From Balamuthia mandrillaris (lineage: Eukaryota): a DNA stretch of 64,000 bases. This document shows, in pieces, positions 36,052-46,712 of this stretch. The DNA is taken from NCBI GenBank assembly GCA_031835245.2, contig JAVKOQ020000045.1, forward strand, positions 62,001 through 126,000. Reading direction: 5' to 3'. The first letter of the stretch is position 1; each line of letters starts with the position of its first letter. A program made the translations under genes and the position numbers. Below the pieces are notes generated by a model. It searched no databases. It had not been told where the DNA came from and worked only from the letters and a program-made list of their open reading frames with translations.

Positions 36052-37649
36052 CTTGACAAATGCTTTTCCCAAGGATCGTGATACCACCACAACATTATTG
36101 CGTTATCAACAATCCAGTCCTTAGAGATGGTGTTTAATGTTCTCCTCTTTATCATGTTAGGTCTTTGTTTTTCGTTATTGACTTGTTGTGATGTAACTCA
36201 TTTCAGAGAGCGGGAACGTGGTGCTGAACAAACATCAACAAGTAAAGCTGAGGCATGGCGAGCAGGAAGTTCGATTGGAGCAGGAGCCCTTCCCGCTTTA
36301 TCCTGGAGAGGAGATGGAAGGCGAAGTTATGCCCTTACTCGTTGTTCCTCAGAATACTGCTCTTCGTCTTTGTGCCAGTATGTTTACTCTTCTCTCGCCT
36401 TTGTTTCTGTCTTTTCATTCTTCTTTTGTGATGGTTTCCTAACGTATGGCTCTTTACAAAAAAGAGAGAGACTTTCTTCAAAGAGTTTGCTCATCTCCCA
36501 AAGACGCGAAGAAGAACAAGGAGAAACAGCATGAAGAAGAAGAACAATTCATCCAACGAAAAGCTGGTGACGAATGGCTCTTCAAAGGACCAGGAACGTA
36601 CGTCCCTCAGGTGGAAGCCGAAGTGATAGAAATGGTCGAAGCTGAGGTTTTGAAGCCAGACGAAGCTCTTAAACTAAGAGCGAGACGGGACTGCACCGAC
36701 TATAAAGGACAACCGAGAAAAGCGGGAGAAGAATGGCTTGTGAGAGAGCCTGGAGCTTATCTTCCTTCTGCTGAAGAGGACGTGTTGGAAGTGGTGGAAG
36801 GCTTCATTCTCACTGAAGGCAAAGCTCTGCACCTTCGCGCAAAGACTTCCTTTGTGGATAAGTTTGTTTTTCTCTGTTTTCTCATTTCTCGCTTCTTTTA
36901 TTCTAACTGTTGGGACTTTAGTTTTGGGATTCAACGTAAAGCAGGAGAGGAATGGTTGATAACTCACAAAGATGGAGAAGTGCACATTCCGCATGTACAT
37001 GAGGAGGTCGTACAAATGGAGAACATCATCTCTCTGAGCAAGAGAAATTATTGGTATCTTCTCTTCTCCATCTCTCCCTATCTCTCTCACTCTCTCCGTT
37101 TGACTGACGTTCAGCGATTTGCTTTTTATTTGAAGCGTTATTCAGAATCCTGTAGATGAAAATGGAGTGCCACAGCTCGGCGAACGAAAGCTAGTTGTTG
37201 GCCCTACTAACTTCTTCTTGCTACCAGGAGAATCTCTGGAAGGTCAAGCCATTCAAGAAAGTACGTATTCTTCCGTCTTTCTACGTCTGTCCTCTCGCCA
37301 ATCTTACATGAAACTTTCAAAACAAATAGTCAAAGTATTAAACGCAGAACAAGCGCTGATGGTAGAAGCTCGCGAAAACTTTATGGAAGAAATAACAAAC
37401 GCTAACAACAAAACGGTTGGACAAAAGAGAAGGAGAGCAGGAGATAGATGGCTAGTATGTGGTCCTCGAGACTACATCCCTCCTCTGGAAGTGAAGATCA
37501 TCCCTCCTGTTCGTAATTCTGTTGTTAGCATTGAAGCTCTCGACTTGCACTTCTTTTACACGTTGCCACTTGTGCTTTACGCCTTTTTAGCCCTCTTCCT
37601 TACTTACTTCTTTTTGGTTTACCTTCCTCGTCTTCTCTCCTCTGAATAA
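35595..37649 (+). CDS. Major vault protein paralogue: repeats R1-R7 only, followed by a hydrophobic C-terminal tail (7 exons)
   Basis: R1 [14 protein letters not shown]2 [13 protein letters not shown]...PFPLYPGE; R3 [14 protein letters not shown]4 [15 protein letters not shown]5 [11 protein letters not shown]6 NYCVIQNPV...FFLLPGE; R7 [16 protein letters not shown]. The stop overlaps AATAAA. Confidence 0.88.
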
Positions 37650-37695
37650 AAGCTTTTTTTGTAGAGAACTGTCCTTTTATTCGTCTTACAAGCAG

Positions 37696-38436
37696 TTACT
37701 GCTGAGTGGAAGGAGTCTCTTCAGGAGTAAGACATTTGCAGAGAAGAAACTTGATGTTTGTTTCGTCCAGCTTTTCAGTGGGTTTCTTGACAACAACGGG
37801 GCAATGACGAACGACCATCACTTCTTGCCCGTTGCGATCCTTGCCAACATGGTGATAAGATCCTTTCTTCACATAGGCTCCTTCATGTGCAAAAAAAACA
37901 AAAAGAGTGAGAGGAGAGGGAGAGAGGGAGAGAGGGAGAGAGGGAGAGAGGGAGAGAGGAGGGAGAGGAGAGAAGAGAGTGGGAGGGAGAGAGAGTGGAG
38001 AGAGAGAGAGGGAGAGAGGGAGAGAGGGAGAGAGAGGGAGAGAGAGAGGGAGAGAGCTAGGGAAGACGAACCCCATTTATACCAATCAGGACAGTCATTC
38101 CAGTCGATTTGCTTTTCCTTCTCAAGCTTTTCCAGCATCTGGGTGGTGTTCAAGCCTTGTAGCTCTTTGTGAGAGAAGTAATGCTGGGCCAGTCCTGCTA
38201 TGCTGTTCCTCTTAAAGTCATAACTCGCCCTCCAATATACGTTATTCTGATAGGATGATTATGGTAAGTTTACTGAACAACAGAGAGAAGAGACGAGTCA
38301 ATGTACATAAGCCTCAGCGTTGTTAGGGACGTTGTGCACTCGAGAGTCAAAGTGAGGTCTTGAATTCTGAACGTGGTTCAGCAGCTTTAAATAAAAAAAA
38401 CAATCATTTAAGAGATTATTGACGTCATAAACAAGA

Positions 38437-38478
<42 letters not shown>

Positions 38479-39280
38479 AAAAAAGAAAAAGTGAGTTACA
38501 TCAGCTTCGGTAACAGGATCATAAGATAACGAACGGAGATGATAAGCAAAGCAAGAACTAGCGAAGGCTGCTGTCAGCGAAACAATCTGTTTATATTCCA
38601 AATCAGCAACGTATTTTGATACGAAGAAGGAAAAGAAGAAAGCAGAAAAGAAGAAAGAAGCTGAGAGAATAAAAAGAAAAAAAGACCTTTTGAATCTTTC
38701 CGCTGTGGAGAAGAAAGTTAAAAGGTCTTTCTTTTCGTTGCTCGAGCTTCCTCGGGTCCTGGTCGTCTCCTTCTATCTCCTCTCCTTCTTTGGGGTTGAC
38801 TGCCGTGAAGACCATTGTTATCTCATCGCTGCAAGTGTAGACCACTCTTGGGTTAAACGTGGTCAATAGCTCTTTCGCTGTTTCTATCATCGCAATATGA
38901 ACTTTTGCAAAACAAAAAGACGATAAGAGCAAGAAACAAGAGAAAAGCACAGCGAGGAAGTGAGCAAGTACTTCTTTCGTCATAGGGACGTTTGAAGGCT
39001 TTGGTAAACTTGGAAAACTTATGGCCGTCCAACCGGATAACATAGGGCGTGGAGGGGTCTATTCTTCCAGTGCTAGAAACCATCTTCTCATGCTCTTTCA
39101 TGCGGTCGCCCAAATTTTTGATCTTGCCGCCTTCGGCACTCTTTGCGGGAGCGTGCACAAAAAACATATATGTCAGGAACAAATTTTTTCAACGCATGGC
39201 CAAAAGTGCAAAGCTTCGGGAAAACGACATACCTCCACCTCCCCCACGCTTTCGCTTCTCGCCGGGCGCTGCTCCTCCAT
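37696..39280 (-). CDS. Thg1-like protein (TLP), 3'-5' RNA polymerase/tRNA 5'-repair family, multi-exon
   Basis: LGDRMK, VIRLDGHKFSKFT, YTCSDEIT, HFDSR, WRASYDFKRNSIAGLAQHYFSHKELQG, PDWYKWG. Confidence 0.88.
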
Positions 39281-39356
39281 CTTGGTTGGTGTTGTTGCTT
39301 GGCAAAGTTTCTTTTCGGTCAGAGCAAATGTCTAGCAATTAGCTGAACGGTTGCTG

Positions 39357-39448
39357 TGTCGACAGATAAACAATCTGCAGCATCGACGGGATTCGAACCG
39401 TCGCCACCTTTCAACCCATCCAAAGTGTACATGACCGGGATTCGAACC
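39357..39448 (-). promoter_or_regulatory. TGTCGACA plus two tandem B-boxes (GGTTCGAATCC at 39389-39399 and 39438-39448) in divergent promoter
   Basis: Two perfect B-box/T-loop matches 49 bp apart, with no A-box, D-arm or anticodon arm. Confidence 0.55.
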
Positions 39449-39542
39449 GACGCACCTCACAAATTAATTCATTTATTTTTTTATTTGAAAAACAAAAAAA
39501 AAAAGAAAAAAACGGAACGCAAAAAAATTGATTGGAAGGACG

Positions 39543-40774
39543 ATGAATCCACATCTGAGATTGGAGCGGTCCAGCACCGTTTCTTTGGGAGGAGGAGATG
39601 CCAGGGCGGACCGCAAGGACAGAGAGAGCAAGACCAGAAAGAGCTTCATCAGCAAAAGCCTGAGCAAAGGCAAGCCCAAGCGTGGCAGCCGGTCCCGGAC
39701 GGTCGGCCCCAACGACTCCCCCAGGAGAGATTCTTGTGGCTCTGCGTTGTCTCTGTCTGGCCTCGTGGCCACCGTGGCCAGGCGAGAAAAGGACAAGTTC
39801 TACTGTTGTCAGAACATCCATGAAATGTTTTCTGACGATGATTGTATCGAGTACGTTCTTTTTTTCTCTACTTTTTACCTTTCTTTTTATTCTTTGGGTT
39901 ATTCTATTTTTCTTTTTGTTATTCTTTTTTTTAAATATTCTTTTTTGTTTATTTTATTTTCTTATTTCTGTTTTTCTTTTTCTTTCTTTTTAAATAATTT
40001 GTTGTTTTCTTTTCTTCTATCTCTGACGATTCAAAAAAAAAAGTGCTTTCAAGTTTTTTCTGGTGACAGAGCAGAGCGGATTGGAGGAGCTCGAGTTTTA
40101 TCTGCGAGTGGAGCAATGGAAGCAAGCGCCAACTTTGGAAGGCGCCAAGCAGATCTTCCAGCAATTCTTGGCCTGTCCCTCCAATCCCTCTCCCGCCTTT
40201 CCGCTGTCTCTTGCTTCTCTTCCTTCCTCTTCTTCTACGGAACAATCCATCGACACCATTGGGAAGGCTCTTTCCAAGGTTGACAACGGCAAAGCAAAAG
40301 GAAAAGGCGGAGAAGCAGAAGAAAAGCTGCCCATAACTCTCTTTCAAACAATTCAAGAAGACGTCTTCTCTTTTCTGGAGCGCAAACGATTCCCGAGCTT
40401 CAAGAAGAGTGCCTACTACGAGTGTTACGTGGAGGAATGTCAGGAGCACCACGAGAAGCTCGTTCGTTGGCTGCAACGTGAGGAGATGGATCAGCTCGTC
40501 TTAGCAATGAGAGACCCCACGGGTGGAGTGGAAGTGCGGAGCATTCGTTCCTCTCTCTCCTCCTCCTCGAGACAGCACTGGAAGAAAGTCTTTCGAGGCA
40601 AGGAGGGAGTGGACTGGGTCATGCACTTCAAGCAGACTAGCAGAGAAATTGCTCACAACATTTGTCAAAACTTGTTGGATGATGAGTATATTCACGCCAT
40701 TGAGATTGATGAGAACTCGCAGGATAAGTGGGTTTATTATGATGACGATAGTTGTCTTTATCGTTTTCAGGTTT

Positions 40775-40818
<44 letters not shown>

Positions 40819-42373
40819 ACACTGAATGCAAATGTACTTTGGTTTTCGGATGCAGTTGGACGAAGAAAGCTCAGTGTTGAACGCCAAAAAGATCTGGACA
40901 GAATCCAGAAAACCAAGTGTGGTCATTCAAGATCTCCTGTCCACGTTATTAAATCTCTATAGAAGAGCAGCCGGCGAAGAGGCATGCATCTCCTCTCGCA
41001 AGACAGCCGCTGCAATAAGCCACTCGGAAGAATTCAAGAAGTTTTCTGTCGATACCGGAGAGCTCCAGAAGGTGAATTTGGAGGAATTGATGACCTCGGA
41101 GGAGCAACGAATGGCGTTCTTCATCAACGCTCACAACTTGTTGGCCCTTCATGCTCACACCGAGTTGTTGATGCCGAAGGGAAAATTGGCCATGCTCTCT
41201 ACCATCAATCAGGTCGCCTACAATATAGGTGGATTAGAGTTCACTCTTCCTGAAATCGAGCATGCCATTCTTCGTGCTGCTCATTCTCCTCGTTCTCATC
41301 TTTTCGGTGCTCTTCCCTTTTCCTTCTTTCTGCTTCACTCTTCTTTCCTCTTGTTCTTTTTTTTCCTTCTTTCCTTCTGTCTTTATAGGCATTTAATGCA
41401 TTCTAATCATGTTCTTCTTCCCGCCATTGGAATACTTTAAACAGGTTGTAAAGTAATATCAGTTCCTCGTTTTACACCGGAGGACAAAAGGTATAGCCTT
41501 CGTATTCGACGAGAAGAGCCCTTGTTGCCGTTCTCTCTGTCCTTGGGTTTGGGAGATGGAGTCCCTTTGAGAGTCTACACCGCCAACAATCTTCGAAAGA
41601 ACTTGTTGCTCTCCGCCCAGGAGTATCTTCTAATCAACCTCCAATTCGGTGATGAACTTCCCTCCAAGAAAGATAAAAAGGAAAAGCGAAACAAAAAGGT
41701 TCATCACTTTTTTTTTCTTTCACTCGCTTCTTCTTGTTCTTCTTGTTCTTTCTTTGTTTTGTGTCTTGCATCTGCTTCTGCTTCTGCTAATTCTTCTGTC
41801 TTGCTGACTTGCTTTTTGTGACAAACAAAAGGTCTATTTGCCGCAGTTGATACATTATAATTACACAACATTCGGCAAAGACGACACCAGCGTGCTCCTC
41901 TTCCTCTTCAGCACGTTGAACTCCACCACCTCCTCTTTGACGGAGGAGGAGAGCGCAAAGCTGGACCGCATCCGGCATCTCCTCCAGTTGCCCTCCCCTT
42001 CCGGGGGCAGCACCTCTCAGGAGCCCTCTCTCAGCCAACTATCCATCAAGTGGAAGGACCAAGACTGGCAGTTCTTCTATCGCATGTCGTCCACCACTGG
42101 TACCTCTTCTTCCTGCTTTCTTCTTTCTGCTTGCTTCGTCTTTTCTTCTCCCATTACTAAATACGAAAACAAAAAGCGGCAACAAAAGCACTGACAAGAG
42201 CGGATGGAGTGAGAAAGCTGAACAAGATAGAAGTGACGCGCACCACCAGCTCTGGCAACATCAAGAAGGACCTGGGTGCGGTCATCACCACCACCACCAC
42301 CACCACTTCTTTCCGCTCCCAACGAGCGACCACCACGACCGACAAAACGAACAGCAACAAGTTGAGAGAGTGA
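39543..42373 (+). CDS. RGS + DEP + DUF547 domain protein, multi-exon
   Basis: RGS ELEFYLRVEQWK...RFPSFKKS; DEP VFRGKEGVDWV...CQNLLDDEYIH...LYRFQ; DUF547 MAFFINAHNLLALHA...YNIGG...IEHAILR. Confidence 0.78.
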
Positions 42374-42472
42374 GTGGGTGTAAAAGTAAGAGAGAGAGCC
42401 AATCCTCGTTTGTGTGAATAATATGTATGTTTCTAAAATAATAACAAAAGCTTGTGTTTTTTTTTCGTTGTT

Positions 42473-42877
42473 TCAGTCTAGTCGAGGGAGGGGAGAAGAA
42501 GAGGAAGAGAGGGAGGGGCGAGAGGCAACGAGACCTGAGCGGGCGGTCCAGATCATTCTGTTGTTGTGCCTCTGCCAGGAGGACGCCATCTGGGCCTCGC
42601 TCTCGCCTGTGGTGGGTTCCAAGCAACGAATCATGGTGCCAATAGCGAGGAAAAAGCCGAAGGCAGCACCCGCAGTGACAGCCGCTCTTCCAGAATCGTT
42701 GATGATGGTCCTCATCGGGACAGTTTGTCCCTGCTTCTTGGCTCGTCGTGCGTAGAGGATGTTGGACAACAGGCCCAACACTCCGCCAAACGTGCAACCA
42801 AGGCCTGCACCAACGACAGCGCCGTTCAACATCTTGCTGCCACAGCTGGGCTCATTGTCTGTGTACCTGGCCGGCAT
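42473..42877 (-). CDS. ROMO1: Romo1/Mgr2-like mitochondrial inner-membrane protein
   Basis: SCGSKMLNGAVVGAGLG...GAAFGFFLAIGTMIRC, with a C-terminal extension. Confidence 0.75.
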   Translation of the reverse strand: MPARYTDNEPSCGSKMLNGAVVGAGLGCTFGGVLGLLSNILYARRAKKQGQTVPMRTIINDSGRAAVTAGAAFGFFLAIGTMIRCLEPTTGESEAQMASSWQRHNNRMIWTARSGLVASRPSLSSSSSPLPRLD

Positions 42878-43001
42878 CTTTTTTTCTGATAAAAGTTCAC
42901 TCGAACTAGCGATAAATCAAGCCGTCCTCCTCTCCTCTCCTCTTTTTTTTGTGCTGTTTTTTTTCTTCTTTTCTTTTTTCAACGAATTTTTGAGGACATA
43001 C

Positions 43002-43058
43002 TGTCGACATTACGGCGTAGATCAGATTATATTTTTGCCGACATCTAATTTGTCGACA
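43002..43058. promoter_or_regulatory. Two TGTCGACA palindromes (43002, 43051) upstream of Romo1-like gene
   Basis: Exact matches 125-180 bp upstream of ATG 42877(-); a TGCCGACA variant lies between them. Confidence 0.55.
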
Positions 43059-43085
43059 CATTTTGTACCACCCTATTAGGTTTCA

Positions 43086-44422
43086 TTAGCCAAGGTATTC
43101 ATCGCTTTCGTCGTCGTCGATGGACTCCTCTTCGTCGGGTCCTTTCTCATCTGCGGAGCCAACGTCTTCGCCAGAGTCATCATCGCCTTCTTCCCAGTCT
43201 TCATCTCCAGGGTGAGAGTACTCGGCGCGGTGGTTTGGATTCGTGCGATAACATTCACCGCCATACATACATCTCTGTCGGAATGACGTTGGTTGAAACT
43301 CGTTTTCTGGCTCTTCCTCTTCATCTATGGCGCTTTCTTCTTCTTCTTCTTCACTGCTAGTTCCAGCCGTTACTTGGTCGTACCAATGAATGCGTGAAAC
43401 AAGCTTCATAGCTTTCCTTGCTGCATATCTTCTGCCTAATCCTCTTCCAGTACTTCTGGCGGTGGACGTGATGTTTGTGGTTATCTTCTTTTTCTTCTTT
43501 TTCGTTGGCTCTTCTTCTTCGTCATCCAGTTCTTTTCGTTCTCGTTTTCTAGAGGAGAGAGGCTTCCACGGATCTCTTTCGTTTTCTTCTTCTGCTTCAA
43601 TTGAGTCTTCGTTATGTCGTTGCGCTAAAGCTTTGGCAAGAGCAGCATCTTCTCTTTCTTGTCGTTCTCTTCGTTCTTGTTCTTCTTTCTCGCATTGACG
43701 TTGTAATTGTAGAGCTAGCTCTTCATCTTTCTTTGCCAATCGGTCTGCTTCCTCATATATATCGCGCTTCCGGCTGGTTACCGCTTCGGCTTCTTTTTCT
43801 TTTTCTTTCTCTTTCTCTTTTTCCTTCTCTCCTTCTTTGTCTTTTTGTTGCTCTTTCGCTTCTGTCTTTGGCTCCTTAGCTTTCTCTTCTTCTTCTTCTT
43901 CTTCCTCAATAACCTGTTCCAAACGCAAAGTGTAATGCTCGTCCCCTACAAGCAAGCCCAACACATCGCCCTCCCTCAACACAGTCCCATCATCGCAGCT
44001 CGCAGAAGCACCGGCGTTGGTTTGCTTCGTCAACGGCAAAAGGATTCTGGCGTCGTTTTCTCCTTCACGCTTCAACGAGGAAGGGTTACGGCCTTTCTAT
44101 ACTTTTTTTTGTTGGTGTTGAAAGAAGAAAGGCTAGGGTTACTCGACAAAGAGGTTCTCGTTTCTTTTTGAGGATGGAAAGAAATAAACAATAGTCCATA
44201 GAAGCAACAAAAACATACCACCAGGCAGCGGACTCGTTCTTCTTCTTGGGGTATTGCCGTTGTCCAAACGACTTCCACTTGCTGCCGGCTGCAGCGCTTG
44301 TCCACCGGTGCTTTGCTTGTTTTTGAAACCCGTTCCATATCGCGGCGGCCAAGGACCACAGGCGTGTCCCGTCGCAGCGGCACAACATCACCGGTGGCCA
44401 ACCAACGTAACAGCCACCCCAT
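43086..44422 (-). CDS. APLF-like protein: PNK/aprataxin-type FHA domain + PBZ zinc finger + acidic tail
   Basis: FHA VVLGR...DKRCSRQQV; PBZ CMYGGECYRTNPNHRAEYSHP; Asp/Glu-rich C-terminus. Confidence 0.75.
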
Positions 44423-45454
44423 GCGGTCTTGCTTCTCTTCTTGGGCGCCTTTGTGTCGACACTTATAGCAAAGAGTCCTGTCCAGGCATTGGAACTTTAT
44501 TAGATACAACGCAACGCAAATAGGCTTCATTGGATGTTTACAAAGTGACTGTGGTTCTCACTGGTCTTTCTTTCTTCTGGCCTTGTTGGTTTCATCTTCA
44601 TCCTCCTTCTCACACCATTTGACTCTGACTCTGCGGGTTCAATCACAACCAGTGCACCCCGCAGGAACATGAACCTAAGCTTCCGCTCCGCTCGCAATTG
44701 TTTGCCCTGGTGGGGTTTCACAGCAACCACCTGGCTGGTCACTCTGACTCCCTTATCGTCATACCCACGAGGATCGAATTGAAAGCACACCCTTTTCGCT
44801 ACCATCAAGGTATCTTCTTGGTCAGGCCACGTATCCGTTTTGAGCAAGCAGTAACTGGTCTTGCTCCTCCTTGACTCAAATGTTCGGTTTCATCATCCTT
44901 CAACTTCGCTGATCGCGTTGGTTCCTCCTCAGCGAAGCGTACATGTCCTCTGCCTCCATCCTATTGGTGCCCAGCTGCATGCACCTTCGCCTTTCTTCTG
45001 CAGAACCACGTCGTTTACTTCGTTCCTTTCGGAATCCACAAGGCCTACGTCATTGGAACCATCACAAGGATACCAGTCCACAACAACGCTTAGAGTTCAT
45101 GTTGGATTGTTCCCCCACCAACCACGTGAACTACAAACGTTTCTTTTGGTTGAAGCTGCCCGGCCGAAGCGCTGGCACGTAGAACGATGTACCGTGAGAA
45201 CCAATTGTCCCGAGGCTTTGATGAGATGGTGGTGGGAAAGATGCCACGACCTCCTTCCTGTTGGAGCGTGTCAAACATCGAGTCCCCCGCTTCCAGGAGG
45301 TTCCTCAAAACTACTACTCTTGCCTCCATACCGACACTCTTGCCAACTCTTTAAAACATGACACAAGAAGGAGGAAGAAAGAAAAAGAAAAAATTAATTG
45401 GGGTCGCCGCTGCCCCAAAATTTAAGGAAGAGAGAGAAGGAAGAAAGAAGAGAG

Positions 45455-46668
45455 ATGCCCAGAAAGAGGTTGTCGTTGGTGGGCGGGGGGCTGGCGGTGG
45501 TGGCGGTGCTGGCCGCCGCCTTCCTGCAGTTCTACGTGGGCCAGCAAAGGGGTCCCCAGCACGCGCTGGCTGTGGAGGAGGTGCAGGAGGTGGTGGTGGC
45601 GGGCTCGCGCCTCAGGTTTCAGCGTCACGCCCCTAACGCCGGCGTCATGGAGATTTGGGGCAAAGATGACCTCGCATATGCTCGTGCTCTTGGTGCCTAC
45701 TACCACTACTCAGTCATCTTCATCCATCTTTCTTTTTTTGGTGTTGCCACAAAAATCTAACAATAATTCATAAAACCTAAAAGGCTGGGCACATGCGCAA
45801 GATCGTTTGGTGCAGATGGTGTTGCAACGCTTGTTGACCACCGGGCGACTGAGCGAGTGTTTGGCCAGCGACGAGACCACGCGCCGCATCGACACGTTCT
45901 TCAGGGAGCTGGGCTTTGGCCGAGATGGAAAGGAAGGAGAGCAGCGCATCCGCGAGGCCGCCAAGAGCTCTCCCGAGGTGGCGCGTATGCTCGAGTTTTT
46001 GGAGGCCTACGTGGCTGGCATCAACGCCTACATTGAGAAGGAGGCCGCTGCTGGCTTCTTTGAGAAACGCTTCGAGTTCTTGCTCACAGGTTACACGCCT
46101 GAACCTTGGTTTGTTCTTGTCATCATTTCTTCTCTCCTTCTCTTCTTCTTCCTTCTTCCTCCATGTTGCCTTGTGACTCCCCTCTTCTTTCTTCCTTCTT
46201 CTGCTTGTTGTTTCTGACTACAAGAACACCAAATAAAACAGGAGGATAGAACACTCACTGGGCATGCTCAAGCTAATGGCCTATATGGGGCTTGCTGAGT
46301 CACAAGGCAACATGGAGGCCTTTGTGATCCAGGCTCTCCAGGGCGGAGTGCCTCTCGAACGCCTTCAACAGCTCTTCCCTCAAAACCTGGACAACATTGA
46401 CGACACTCTCTTGGAGGCCATCAAGAGAGTGCGCGTTCTTCAACCATTCGTGCCGCCAGAGGTTCGCTTCTCCCCTGCCATTCCCTCCATCAAAGCCAGC
46501 AACAATTGGGTAGTGGGAGGCCAGCTCAGTGCTAGCGGTAAGCCGATGCAGTGCAATGATCCTCATTTGGAGATTAGCCGCTTGCCCGCCGTTTGGTATG
46601 AGATCCTTTTCCACTATCTGGATGAGCCTGAGCAGTATTGGACTGGCATTACCGTGCCTGGAATTCCT

Positions 46669-46712
<44 letters not shown>

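Noticed and set aside
39375..39460. tRNA gene suggested by GGTTCGAATCC T-loops
   Set aside because: No A-box/D-arm, anticodon arm or 7-bp acceptor stem; kept only as solo B-boxes.
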